DNA of 64,000 nucleotides from positions 124,001 to 188,000 of the IMG/VR virus record IMGVR_UViG_3300021964_000012; one strand, written 5' to 3'. Shown piece by piece: positions 37,842 to 47,694 of this stretch. Position 1 is the first letter of the stretch. Each line of letters begins with the position of its first letter. The notes under the pieces were generated by a model that did no database searches, was not told where the DNA came from, and saw nothing but the letters and a program-made list of their open reading frames with translations. The position numbers and the translations under genes were made by a program.

Positions 37842-38518
37842 ATCATAAAATACTCAACAAACTAGAACAGATGATCCATATATCACCTCAACTTTTACGC
37901 AATGCAAATACCATGCGTCAAGCAATACAGGCTACATTCAACGTTACCGTAGAGGATGTTGAATATGCAAACATTGGACAACTAGTGGATAGGATCGATG
38001 ACAAAGTCCTTGAACATTATTTTGCCAACGTTTGGCAAGGTGAAATGTCAAAATACAAGTACAGTGGTCCTGCATTAATAGATGAAATAAACAAACTAAA
38101 ACCTAGACGTGTGCTAGATATTGGATGTGGGTATCATGAGTTTCGAGGCAAGATAGACAATATCATAGGTATTGATCCTTATAATACAAAAGCAGACATG
38201 ATGATAAAACTACTGGATTATCATCCTCAAGAACGTTTTGATGCAGTACTAGCACTAGGCTCAATTAACTTTGGATCAACAGATAAAATATTTGCTGAAC
38301 TAGAACATGCAGTCAGTTTGTGCAATCCAGGTGCAGTACTATTTTTTAGAGCAAATCCAGGACTGCCACACGATAAAACAGAATCAAGTTGGATCAGTTT
38401 CTATCCCTGGGACGCAAACTTTGTGGTAAACTGTGCTAATCAACTGGGTGTAGACATATTGGATCTACGTACAGACAGTCATAAAAATCGACTGTACTTT
38501 GTTTGGCGTACTAAGTAA
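37838..38518 (+). CDS. class I SAM-dependent methyltransferase
   Basis: VLDIGCG, GIDP, FDAVLALGSINF. Confidence 0.8.
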   Translation: MNHKILNKLEQMIHISPQLLRNANTMRQAIQATFNVTVEDVEYANIGQLVDRIDDKVLEHYFANVWQGEMSKYKYSGPALIDEINKLKPRRVLDIGCGYHEFRGKIDNIIGIDPYNTKADMMIKLLDYHPQERFDAVLALGSINFGSTDKIFAELEHAVSLCNPGAVLFFRANPGLPHDKTESSWISFYPWDANFVVNCANQLGVDILDLRTDSHKNRLYFVWRTK

Positions 38519-38613
38519 AAAGACACTTAGAAGCAACGCCTGAATGTAAAAGAGTTCGCTTCTAATATCCCCTAATTTTTTAAAGGCACTGCCGTTATGG
38601 CCGTGGATTCGTT

Positions 38614-40053
38614 GTGGCGGAAATTTATGCCCTTGTGGCAGGTACATTGTATGGACTACTAATAGGTATTATACCCGGAGCAGGTGCTACCACTGGCTTG
38701 ATATTCTTGTTTCCTTTTATGATGATGTTTCCAGATCCTTATCTAGCAGTAATATTTGTAATGGCAGTGGTAGCAGCCTCAACAACAGGTGATACTTACA
38801 CTGGTGTGTTGCTAGGAATACCCGGTGCTAACAGTGCAGCCGCTACCATGGTAGATGGATTTCCACTTGCACTTCAAGGTCGTGCAACCTATGCTATCAG
38901 TGCCGCAGTAACAACATCAACTGTTAACGGATTACTATGGGGTAGTTTGGTTTTCTTTTTATTGCCTTGGTATACAGGACTTATAATGATATTTGGTGTT
39001 CCTGAGCTGTGGGCTTTTACCTTGCTTGCACTGGTAACAGTGACCTTTGTAAGTAACCGATGGTGGATACGTGGATTAATTGCATTATGCACAGGAATAT
39101 TTGTTGGAATGATAGGCGTGGATCCAAATACAAATGCTGATCGTTTTACATTTGGTTGGGAATACTTAGGCGATGGCGTGCAAATATTGCCAATGATTGC
39201 AGGCTTGTTTGCCATACCAGAGTTATTGGATGGACTTAAAAACAGACACACAACTGCTTCAGCAACAACTACAAATGGAACACAGACTCGTGAAGGAATC
39301 TTAGCAGTATGGAGCAATCGTTGGTTAGCACTACGTGGAGGATTCATTGGTGCATTTATTGGTATACTTCCAGGACTAGGTGGAGCAATGGCAGACTGGA
39401 TGGCATATGGTCAGGCAGTTGCTACAACAAAGAATCCTTCAGTGCCTTTTGGCAAAGGCAACATCAGAGGAGTAATTGGGCCAGAAGGTGCTAACAATGC
39501 ACAAAAAGCAACATCAATGATTCCTACAGTTTTATTTGGAATACCTGGAGCTCCTTTTGCGGCTATTATTATTGGTTTGTTTATGTACTTGGACTTTGAG
39601 CTTGGTACTATTGATCTAGCACAAGACGATCAATTCTTTGATAGTATGCTTTATGGATTCATGTTGGCAACACTGTTGGTTGGTGCTCTATGCTTATGGT
39701 TAACAAAATATATTGCCATGATTGCGACTGTGCCTTACAAATACTATTTTCCTCTACTGTTAACGTTTATAATAGCGGCATGTGTACAATACACAGGTGG
39801 ATGGGAAGATTATGCTATATTGATCGTCTGCTCCATAGTAGGAATCAGTGCAAAGAAATTCAAGTTCTCAAGACCTGCAATGCTATTTGGTTTTATACTT
39901 GCAGAAAGAGTTGAGGCTTTAACTATACAGATGCACGGTCTGTATACATTCGACAGACTGTTAACTCGTCCTATATTTTGGACATTGTTAGCAGTTGTAA
40001 TAGCTGTGTTAATTTGGGGTTTAACCAAACGCAGTAAACTAGATTATGCATAA
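38614..40053 (+). CDS. tctA: tripartite tricarboxylate transporter large subunit TctA
   Basis: GIIPGAG, GIPG..AAATMVDGFPLA.QG, GILPGLG, PEGANNA, GIPG; polytopic; GTG start. Confidence 0.88.
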   Translation: MAEIYALVAGTLYGLLIGIIPGAGATTGLIFLFPFMMMFPDPYLAVIFVMAVVAASTTGDTYTGVLLGIPGANSAAATMVDGFPLALQGRATYAISAAVTTSTVNGLLWGSLVFFLLPWYTGLIMIFGVPELWAFTLLALVTVTFVSNRWWIRGLIALCTGIFVGMIGVDPNTNADRFTFGWEYLGDGVQILPMIAGLFAIPELLDGLKNRHTTASATTTNGTQTREGILAVWSNRWLALRGGFIGAFIGILPGLGGAMADWMAYGQAVATTKNPSVPFGKGNIRGVIGPEGANNAQKATSMIPTVLFGIPGAPFAAIIIGLFMYLDFELGTIDLAQDDQFFDSMLYGFMLATLLVGALCLWLTKYIAMIATVPYKYYFPLLLTFIIAACVQYTGGWEDYAILIVCSIVGISAKKFKFSRPAMLFGFILAERVEALTIQMHGLYTFDRLLTRPIFWTLLAVVIAVLIWGLTKRSKLDYA

Positions 40054-40068
40054 CATAGGAGAAATAGA

Positions 40069-41112
40069 ATGCGTAAATTACTACTAACACTAGCATTATT
40101 GCTAGGCTACACTAGTTCAGCAGTTGCTGATTATACGTTTGTTGTACCTCAAAGAGCAGGACAAGGAACAACTGTTTGGGCAGAAATTATTGCCAAAGAA
40201 CTAGAGCCTTTTTTAGGTGAAAAGATTAAAATTAAAATGTTACCGGGTGCAAGAGATATTCCTGGATTTAACAAATGGCACAATGATCTAAGATTAGATG
40301 ACAAAACTGTGATGGTATCTCATGGCGGTAATGGTGTTTCATTTTTACAAGAGAAAGTAGACTATGACTATAGACAGTACGATAGTGTTGGCATGATGAA
40401 TTTAAATATCATTGCCGGTAAACGCAAGGGTGCTGACATGGACAAGCCAGTATTTCCAGCAGGTTCTGGAATGGTGCCTGAGGCTTTTGCAATGGCGTTG
40501 CTTATATGTGGTCCAGACAAAACAGTTGATGAATACATAGCATGTTTCAAAAAAAATGTTACTTGGGTTAAAGGAATGAAAACATCAGAAAGACGTTTAG
40601 CATTCAAACGTGGTGAATTAACAGGCACACGAGAGAATCCAGCAACTTACAAAAAACACGTTGCACCAGACGAGAATGCAGAACTTTGGTTTCATCATGG
40701 ACTACTACAAGCAGATGGTTCTCATGCAGACGATCCAAACTTTCCAGGATTACAAATGGAAATCCTTTATGAAGTATATTGGAAACAGGCTCCTAAAGGT
40801 GAATTCTACGATGCTTACAAGCTGGTAAAATCATTCCGTGATGGATTACAAAAAGCATTATGGGTAAACAAAGGAAACCCAAACAGAGATAAACTTGCGG
40901 CGGCACTTACTGCAATGAGCAAGGACCCAACTGCAATTGCTAACCTGATCAAAAAGAACGGTAAGTATGATTGGTACATTGGAAAAGCAGGTGATGCACA
41001 ACGTGATAAACTGTTGACCTTTGTTACAGAAAAATCACTTAAAAACCTAGTAAAGTTCAATAAAGAAGCACTAGGACTTAAGAGTATATACAAGGAAGGC
41101 TTAGTAAAATAA
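40069..41112 (+). CDS. tctC: periplasmic solute-binding protein (TctC/Bug-like)
   Basis: Signal peptide, FVVPQRAGQGT (cf. VPxxxGGxxD), PGA; directly after tctA. Confidence 0.65.
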   Translation: MRKLLLTLALLLGYTSSAVADYTFVVPQRAGQGTTVWAEIIAKELEPFLGEKIKIKMLPGARDIPGFNKWHNDLRLDDKTVMVSHGGNGVSFLQEKVDYDYRQYDSVGMMNLNIIAGKRKGADMDKPVFPAGSGMVPEAFAMALLICGPDKTVDEYIACFKKNVTWVKGMKTSERRLAFKRGELTGTRENPATYKKHVAPDENAELWFHHGLLQADGSHADDPNFPGLQMEILYEVYWKQAPKGEFYDAYKLVKSFRDGLQKALWVNKGNPNRDKLAAALTAMSKDPTAIANLIKKNGKYDWYIGKAGDAQRDKLLTFVTEKSLKNLVKFNKEALGLKSIYKEGLVK

Positions 41113-41777
41113 TGGAAAGCAACTGGGACAAACTAAAGCCTAGAACTGACTACCATTTTGATCCTTTTAAAACAGACCCGGCATACGACAGTATGCGATA
41201 TGTCGGGCGTTTTATTGGTGATTGGAGTCAAGAACTAGATGCAACAATTGAATCAAGTAAAGAAATTACTTGGCGTAATAGAAATCCAAAAGACGGAACA
41301 AGCAAAGATATTGTAGCCGAAGAATATGATTTGATTCGTTCTGGTGCCGATGCTGACCTGGTGCTCACCAACCTTGAATATGAATTACTGCCTGTGTTTC
41401 GACGAATGACAGATACATTACATTTATCAGGTGGTGATAAAAAAGAAATACAAAGTCGAGTGCATGTTCAATATCCTGGACAAGTATGGAACTTGCACAT
41501 TGATAAACTTGAAAAATGGTTACCTGAAGATCCACATAGTGTATATCGATTTATGGTTATGCTAAATGATTGGGAACCTGGACACTTCATACAGTATGGC
41601 AACTTTGTACACACAGGCTATCGTGCTGGTGAAATATACAGTTTTGATTGGTATAATACTCCACACTGCACGGCTAATGCTGGTTTAGGCCCACGTTGTA
41701 CACTGTTAGTTACAGGTGTAGCAACAGATAGCACACTGCGTATGTTTAGCAAATACAATAATAAAATAGAAATATAA
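41112..41777 (+). CDS. 2OG-Fe(II) oxygenase/cupin-like protein
   Basis: HID...PHCTANAG..R..L.VTG (HxD...H). Confidence 0.7.
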   Translation: MESNWDKLKPRTDYHFDPFKTDPAYDSMRYVGRFIGDWSQELDATIESSKEITWRNRNPKDGTSKDIVAEEYDLIRSGADADLVLTNLEYELLPVFRRMTDTLHLSGGDKKEIQSRVHVQYPGQVWNLHIDKLEKWLPEDPHSVYRFMVMLNDWEPGHFIQYGNFVHTGYRAGEIYSFDWYNTPHCTANAGLGPRCTLLVTGVATDSTLRMFSKYNNKIEI

Positions 41778-41779
41778 CA

Positions 41780-42019
41780 ATGTCAAAAGAAAACAACCGA
41801 GTGATAGTCTGCATTAAATATGCAAGTGCAGTCGTTATACTTGTTGCAATGGTACTGCATGTTGCAGGCATAACTCCATGGAACAGCATACTACAAATGA
41901 TAGGTGCTAGTGGTTGGATTTATGTAGGATATAAATGGAATGAGAAAGCAATCATACTAAACTTTTTACCACAGTTTGCTATTATCGTTCCTATGTTAAT
42001 TTGGATGTATCTATTATGA
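41780..42019 (+). CDS. small three-TM membrane protein
   Basis: Hydrophobic; PWN...GW.YVG..W.EKAII motif. Confidence 0.6.
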   Translation: MSKENNRVIVCIKYASAVVILVAMVLHVAGITPWNSILQMIGASGWIYVGYKWNEKAIILNFLPQFAIIVPMLIWMYLL

Positions 42020-42034
42020 GAACTAAGTAAAAAC

Positions 42035-42709
42035 ATGGACAACATATTCATTATATTCTCGCCCGGAAGTGGTGGGAACCATCTTGCTAATATATTAAGC
42101 ACTGCTGATAATTTTGTCAGCAGGTGTACTGTTGAAGATTATGATCACCATCCAACGCCGGAGCAACAAAGCCGTGCTTATGCAAATGCACATTATTCTA
42201 AAATTGATAATCTTGATCCTGATATTGTAAAAAATTTACCACCAACGACCAATGTCTTATGCGGTCATTTTTACAGCTATAATCGTCTAGAATTGTTAGA
42301 ATTAACTAATAAATTTGTGAACAAAGTTATTGTTGTATTAGAACCACCTATTTCAGGACTTGCCTACAAAAGATATATGTATCACAATGATAAAATTCGA
42401 CCACAACTTTACAATGAGCAGCGTTTGATTTATTCAACACATTTTATTAAAAAATATTTTAATCAAAAAACTGTGTCTATTTCATGTGAAGCAATTTTTG
42501 AACACAAATTAGACAGGCTATATTCCATTATCGAAGATAAATTAGATCTTGAGGTTGACAAAAATATGTGTAATCAAATACACAAAAAATGGCACTGGCC
42601 GGTTAATCTTGAACAGAGCAACCGTCCCAAAATTCCCCAACATCCTTTATATCATGATATAAAGGATGACATCCTTACTTTAAAGCCACTTGTCAGAGGT
42701 AAAATCTAA
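42035..42709 (+). CDS. sulfotransferase-like hypothetical protein, likely leaderless
   Basis: FSPGSGGNHLAN P-loop-like start; ATG 5 nt after CTAAGTA. Confidence 0.5.
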   Translation: MDNIFIIFSPGSGGNHLANILSTADNFVSRCTVEDYDHHPTPEQQSRAYANAHYSKIDNLDPDIVKNLPPTTNVLCGHFYSYNRLELLELTNKFVNKVIVVLEPPISGLAYKRYMYHNDKIRPQLYNEQRLIYSTHFIKKYFNQKTVSISCEAIFEHKLDRLYSIIEDKLDLEVDKNMCNQIHKKWHWPVNLEQSNRPKIPQHPLYHDIKDDILTLKPLVRGKI

Positions 42710-43431
42710 TGTATTCAATCAACCAACCATGGGATTCACTGGACATATGTGTTGTTGGGCGTACCTATCCGCCACATGCTTTTGATTCATTAGAAGATGT
42801 AGAATACAAAACTCAATTGCAAAAAATAGCCACTGAAACTGAAGAAGATTTTTGTAATTTAATTAATACTTTACATAAATTTAATGTACACACCATACGT
42901 CCATATGTTTCAGTGCTGCCAGACATTAATGACATCGCAAGTCCAGAAAGTATGAAACCACGTCGTGGATTGCGTATGATTGGCAATGACTTTTATTTTT
43001 ATCCTAATAATTATGTAATAGAAACTTCAAATTGGAACAAGTCAGTGTATGAAAACCTAAAAGGTTCTAGTTGGCCAAAAGAATTTACTGCTTACGAACA
43101 ATTGCCTGATTGGATAAAACAAGAATGCACAGATATTTTAAACTTTACATATGATCCAGATGCAGATATAATCCTTGATGAAACAAATTGGTGGCAACCA
43201 ATTGTTAATGTAGTCGAAGGTGCAGGTAATGCAATTGTAAACGAAAAACCTGAAGAAATTACCAAACCAAATGATATACTTGTCATAGACTCAAAAAATA
43301 TTATTGTAAGCAAAAATTCTGAACATCTCAATTATCACGACTGCACAGTTCATGTTTGTGAGTTTCGACACAAGAACTTTTGGAATTGTGACATATATGA
43401 TTTAACATTAGATATTAATAGAACGGCGTAA
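42709..43431 (+). CDS. degenerate amidinotransferase-like protein
   Basis: N-terminus (WDSL..CVVG, ETEED..L, RP, PR) parallels 60248..61180 but lacks the C-terminal GGxHC catalytic motif. Confidence 0.55.
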   Translation: MYSINQPWDSLDICVVGRTYPPHAFDSLEDVEYKTQLQKIATETEEDFCNLINTLHKFNVHTIRPYVSVLPDINDIASPESMKPRRGLRMIGNDFYFYPNNYVIETSNWNKSVYENLKGSSWPKEFTAYEQLPDWIKQECTDILNFTYDPDADIILDETNWWQPIVNVVEGAGNAIVNEKPEEITKPNDILVIDSKNIIVSKNSEHLNYHDCTVHVCEFRHKNFWNCDIYDLTLDINRTA

Positions 43432-43435
43432 AAAA

Positions 43436-43882
43436 ATTAAAATACTAATATTTGGACTACCAGGCAGTGGTAAAAGCACACTTGCAAAACCTTTTGCTGA
43501 ACTAATTGGAGCAGTATGGATAAATGCTGATCAAGTTAGAGAAAGATACAATGACTGGGATTTCTCACCTAAAGGTAGAATACGGCAAGCACAACGTATG
43601 CGTCACCTAGCAGATGGTGTGGTAATGGCTGGTAAGATCGCGATTACAGATTTTGTGTGCCCAACAGATCAAGCACGTGAAGAGTTTGATGCTGACTATA
43701 CAGTATGGATGGACACAATTGAACAAGGCAGATTTGAAGATACCAACCGTATGTTTCAAAAACCTAAACACTACGACTATCATGTGGCAAAATGGTTTGA
43801 CGATACACCATTACAACTGATGGAAGTTGTGCAAAACTATCAACTGAAAAAAACAGGCGAACCACTTGGAGTAAAAAAATAA
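43436..43882 (+). CDS. cysC: adenylylsulfate (APS) kinase-like protein, apparent ATT start
   Basis: (I)KILIFGLPGSGKSTLA...NADQVR..DWDFS..GR; in-frame TAG at 43409 and no ATG/GTG/TTG before the P-loop. Confidence 0.75.
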   Translation: MKILIFGLPGSGKSTLAKPFAELIGAVWINADQVRERYNDWDFSPKGRIRQAQRMRHLADGVVMAGKIAITDFVCPTDQAREEFDADYTVWMDTIEQGRFEDTNRMFQKPKHYDYHVAKWFDDTPLQLMEVVQNYQLKKTGEPLGVKK

Positions 43883-44295
43883 TGTTTGATTCACAAAAAC
43901 CTACAACACAGATGTTAGGTAGATGGCAACCTTGGCATGATGGTCACACTGAACTGTTCAAACGAGCATTAGCCGAAACTGGACAGGTATGTATTATGGT
44001 CCGTGATGTGGGTGGAATAGTTGGCAGAGATGCAGGTGCTGGTCGTACAAACATACAGGAAGACAATCCGTTTAGTCAAAAAGAAGCAGAAGCACAAATT
44101 GAAATTGGCCTGCGTGAAGCAGGCTTCACACTAGGTGTTGAATATGTTATACTGCCTGTTCCAAACATAGTAGACATAAGTTATGGTAGAGGTGTTGGCT
44201 ACACATTTACAGAACACGACTTAGGCAAGAGTGTTGAATCTATTAGTGCTACAAAAATACGTGCAGAAATGAGAGCTAGTGGAACTCTTAAATAA
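43882..44295 (+). CDS. HxGH nucleotidyltransferase (cytidylyltransferase-like)
   Basis: GRWQPWHDGH, DNPF, ISATKIR. Confidence 0.8.
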   Translation: MFDSQKPTTQMLGRWQPWHDGHTELFKRALAETGQVCIMVRDVGGIVGRDAGAGRTNIQEDNPFSQKEAEAQIEIGLREAGFTLGVEYVILPVPNIVDISYGRGVGYTFTEHDLGKSVESISATKIRAEMRASGTLK

Positions 44296-44830
44296 AAGTA
44301 AATAGTTTATAATGATCATCTAGATTCATATTGGTATCAACTGGATGTCCATCATGTGTTTTAAACACACTTTCAAAACAATAACTGTAACGTAACCAAA
44401 AATTATAAACATCTGGTGTGTTGTTAGCCCATCCTTTTTCACGTAACAGATTATCTGATTCTTTGCTCAATCTACAAGTTGGCACGTTTAATGCTTGTTC
44501 AACAGAGATCTTTCCTGCTAGTACACAATCACGAACGGTACTAGCAGGAATCATATGTTCAAATATGCCATTGCCTTTTAAGCCAACTTCAACATAGTGG
44601 GCTCCGATGTTTTCTTTTATAGCATAGTTGTGATAACGTCTCAGATAATAGTCTATTTCATTTCGTATTTCACGCAGTGCCTGTGCATCGTGTTCTATAG
44701 TTCTATACTCTTGTGCAAGTTCTGTTATCTTCAGAGTACAACGTTTTCTAAGGCTATCGTATGTATCAAAACTTCTTCTGGTTTTGGAATACACAGGTTG
44801 TATAAAACTTTCTAAATTTTCTTTTAACAT
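44288..44830 (-). CDS. hypothetical protein with His-Me/HNH-like EHxIP motif
   Basis: IFEHMIPAS. Confidence 0.5.
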   Translation of the reverse strand: MLKENLESFIQPVYSKTRRSFDTYDSLRKRCTLKITELAQEYRTIEHDAQALREIRNEIDYYLRRYHNYAIKENIGAHYVEVGLKGNGIFEHMIPASTVRDCVLAGKISVEQALNVPTCRLSKESDNLLREKGWANNTPDVYNFWLRYSYCFESVFKTHDGHPVDTNMNLDDHYKLFTFI

Positions 44831-45886
44831 CTACGCCGCCGTAAACAGTAAAGGTGATTGATTGGTGTCTAACTGCATTACACTTCCGCTTGCACTTGGA
44901 AGATTTAGTGTTCCGCCATTGTACATATACAGTTCACGTAAAAAGTCTCCCATTATACTTGATTGCCATACATGTCCAGGCATTGTATGTTTCTTCTGTG
45001 TATCAGCTTTTGATTTATATAAACTGGTATTCATCACAGTTAAACTGGTTGGATATGATATTGCACACTTTTCAAGCACATCAATCATCCAACCTTCAGG
45101 AAGTTCGCCTGTATAGTCCATACAATGTATTGTATATAAACCAATAAACAAATCCTGTGATATTTCTTCATCGTCTGGGTAGACAGTGGAGATAGCATTT
45201 AATATTTTGTGCATGAGTTTGCCGCTTTTATCTGCATTCATTATTTTTTCAGCAAAGTTAAAGTGTGAAAAGAAATGCTTTCCACTGCCTTTGTTTTTGC
45301 TTTTACGTGTTGCTTTATCTTCAAGGTCAACATCATTATTATTAAAGGCCTGTTCGCATACGTATGCTTGAACAACTTCAGCACTTCTATCGCCAAGAGC
45401 ATGCCGTGTAAGCCTATTACGATAGAAGTCTTTTGGTTCTAATGCTTTTACATTGGTGTTGCATTCTTCAAATGCATAACTTGCAAAACTTGGACGATCA
45501 TCTTCGACTATTGTGATTGGCACTTCTTCATAACCTAAGATAGCACTGGCAACGATTCTATGTTGTCCATCATATACACCTACTGTAGATTCCATGTTGT
45601 TAATATCATCTGTAACTGCACTTGCAGGAGCACACAATTGCGGATTATACCTGGTAATTATTTTGATAATATGCTTGTAATCAATATCACGTTGAACTGT
45701 GTAATCCAGTGCTAGGTTAGCAATTGGATACATAAAAGATCCATGTGCAAACTTTTTGCCTGTGTTTTCTATACGTGCTTTTTCTGCATCAATTTTGTTT
45801 TGTGCAAAATTATATTCTGTTGCTAGGGTAGTTTTTACTTCTTTAACAACATCGCTTAAAAATCGTATTTCTCTGATTGCTCTCAT
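44831..45886 (-). CDS. ParB/Srx-like DGQHR-domain protein
   Basis: LDYTVQRDID...YDGQHRIVA. Confidence 0.7.
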   Translation of the reverse strand: MRAIREIRFLSDVVKEVKTTLATEYNFAQNKIDAEKARIENTGKKFAHGSFMYPIANLALDYTVQRDIDYKHIIKIITRYNPQLCAPASAVTDDINNMESTVGVYDGQHRIVASAILGYEEVPITIVEDDRPSFASYAFEECNTNVKALEPKDFYRNRLTRHALGDRSAEVVQAYVCEQAFNNNDVDLEDKATRKSKNKGSGKHFFSHFNFAEKIMNADKSGKLMHKILNAISTVYPDDEEISQDLFIGLYTIHCMDYTGELPEGWMIDVLEKCAISYPTSLTVMNTSLYKSKADTQKKHTMPGHVWQSSIMGDFLRELYMYNGGTLNLPSASGSVMQLDTNQSPLLFTAA

Positions 45887-46458
45887 TATGCTGCCTCCTC
45901 AAAAAGATTATTAATAATTTTAATATGTGCAGGTACAGGTGCTACATTTAAACACATTTGCTCAAACGTATCTACTTCATATGCCCACCATTTATTTGAG
46001 CGTCTTGGATTACCATCTAAGGTAAAAGGAATTTCTATATTAGATGATTTAGGAATGTTGCAATATGAATGGTACGGGATTCTAAAATAGTAAAATTTAT
46101 TTTGTTTTCTTTCATAAACTTGTACTAGTAGGTCACCTGTTTTGTTGCGAATTCCTTGTACAGGTGCTGAGTATTGTGTACCATATGTACAAGTACGTAC
46201 AGTAGATAATTTTGCATCACTTCCGCAACTTAGATCTGCATGGTTCTGACTTATAACTTTTGTTCCAGATAAGTTAGCTATCGCATGTTCGAATGCTGTA
46301 CTTACTTCGATTAAACCTGTTTTTAAAAGTGTATCGACTGTGGTAATATCCATTCTATTAATTTTTGGAATATAATTTTTGAATGCACTGAAATGTGCAA
46401 TTTGTAAATTTAGATTATCTGCGATTGTAGCCATTTTGTCACTCCGTATGTTTAACAA
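45886..46458 (-). CDS. hypothetical protein, possibly PD-(D/E)XK nuclease
   Basis: AFE...ADLSCGSDAK pattern; first gene behind an early promoter. Confidence 0.45.
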   Translation of the reverse strand: MLNIRSDKMATIADNLNLQIAHFSAFKNYIPKINRMDITTVDTLLKTGLIEVSTAFEHAIANLSGTKVISQNHADLSCGSDAKLSTVRTCTYGTQYSAPVQGIRNKTGDLLVQVYERKQNKFYYFRIPYHSYCNIPKSSNIEIPFTLDGNPRRSNKWWAYEVDTFEQMCLNVAPVPAHIKIINNLFEEAA

Positions 46459-46500
46459 TTAAACTAGTCCAGGTGCAATACCTTTTCTAGAAGTTAACTT

Positions 46501-46530
46501 ATAATAACACAATTGAAGGCTGTGTCAACC
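46501..46530 (-). promoter_or_regulatory. sigma70-type early promoter
   Basis: GGTTGACA-16-(TGT)TATTAT. Confidence 0.7.
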
Positions 46531-46762
46531 TATTTTTTACTACCTGCAATTCTTTCCCACAGTTTCCGTACACCATAGTTTTGTCTAGGCACGAACATCA
46601 ACTGTGGTTTTTGACATTCCAGATACAGTGGACTTTTCTTTGACAGGTTGTCCGTTATGCTCTTTTGATTTGTTGGTAGTGGCACTTAACCATCCTTTGC
46701 TAGGTTCAAAAGCAAAGCCATTATATCGTGTACTCACTGGCACCCAAAGTCTTGGATCTGCT

Positions 46763-46981
46763 TTAAGCATATTTACTCCAATACTCGTTCCATGCATCAT
46801 CGCAGATATCTCTTACAATGTCATCAAACATTCCAAAGATTACATTGCTTTCATTAGACATACTTTCTTCTAATTTAGTATATAACTCTGATACATGTTC
46901 ACATTCTGCAACCATGTCTTCTGTGAGATGCTCGTATACTTTATCTTCTACTTCCATAATAAAACTTTTTAACTTTGACAT
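46763..46981 (-). CDS. small acidic early protein
   Basis: 72-aa ORF behind the early cassette, AGGAG RBS. Confidence 0.6.
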   Translation of the reverse strand: MSKLKSFIMEVEDKVYEHLTEDMVAECEHVSELYTKLEESMSNESNVIFGMFDDIVRDICDDAWNEYWSKYA

Positions 46982-46986
46982 ATCGT

Positions 46987-47042
46987 CTCCTATTTTCTAA
47001 CTGTTATATACAGTATAGCCGAAAAAGACAAAAAGGTCAACC
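46987..47042 (-). promoter_or_regulatory. early promoter/leader cassette
   Basis: GGTTGACC-17-TATACT-GTATATAACAGTTAGAAAATAGGAGA. Confidence 0.65.
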
Positions 47043-47276
47043 ATATTTTAGTATAAAAGCAAAAAAATCTGCATCATTACTGAAAAAGAATGCATAAGCA
47101 CCTGGTGTGTTAGTTGAACTTGATGTGAGAATTTGCCACTTCCATCCTGGAGATAGCTCTTGTTTACACCAATCTACTACAGCATCAATCTTGCCGGTGG
47201 GAAGATGCAGTGTTTTTGCATGTGGATAACCTTCTTCAATTTTGATTACCCTGGTGTATTCTTCAATCAATTCCAT
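47037..47276 (-). CDS. hypothetical protein
   Basis: 79-aa ORF, WC...W.W...Y.F.F....F.LKY pattern. Confidence 0.55.
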   Translation of the reverse strand: MELIEEYTRVIKIEEGYPHAKTLHLPTGKIDAVVDWCKQELSPGWKWQILTSSSTNTPGAYAFFFSNDADFFAFILKYG

Positions 47277-47694
47277 GATACAATGCTTCGTCTAAATAGT
47301 CTACAGGCAAATTCCAATCACTATAACCTTGTTGCAAAAGGTCAATATAACCAGCACTTGGTGCACTGTACACCAATGGTGGATTCATATCATATGCCAT
47401 AAAGGTATCCCCATCTTGTTCTAACCACATCTTGGTATAGTAGTAAGGGAATCCTTCAAAATGATCTAGTGTCTCTTCGCAAGCAGGCGTGATGTTCCAC
47501 AGGCATCCTGGTACACGATGGCCAGGTGCAGGTTCTATTGTGGCATGATGACAGAACACCAATCGCCAGTCTCTAACTGTATAGGCTCCAAGAGGTATGG
47601 CATCTGGACAACGGTACTTCATTGCCTCTAGTGCCATGTTAGCACCATAAGCAAAGTACAGTCTAGTTGGTTTTTGTAATAGATTTAATTTCAA
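47263..47694 (-). CDS. gamma-glutamylcyclotransferase (AIG2-like)
   Basis: LYFAYGANM...RCP, LDHFEG.P.YY. Confidence 0.85.
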   Translation of the reverse strand: MKLNLLQKPTRLYFAYGANMALEAMKYRCPDAIPLGAYTVRDWRLVFCHHATIEPAPGHRVPGCLWNITPACEETLDHFEGFPYYYTKMWLEQDGDTFMAYDMNPPLVYSAPSAGYIDLLQQGYSDWNLPVDYLDEALYHGID

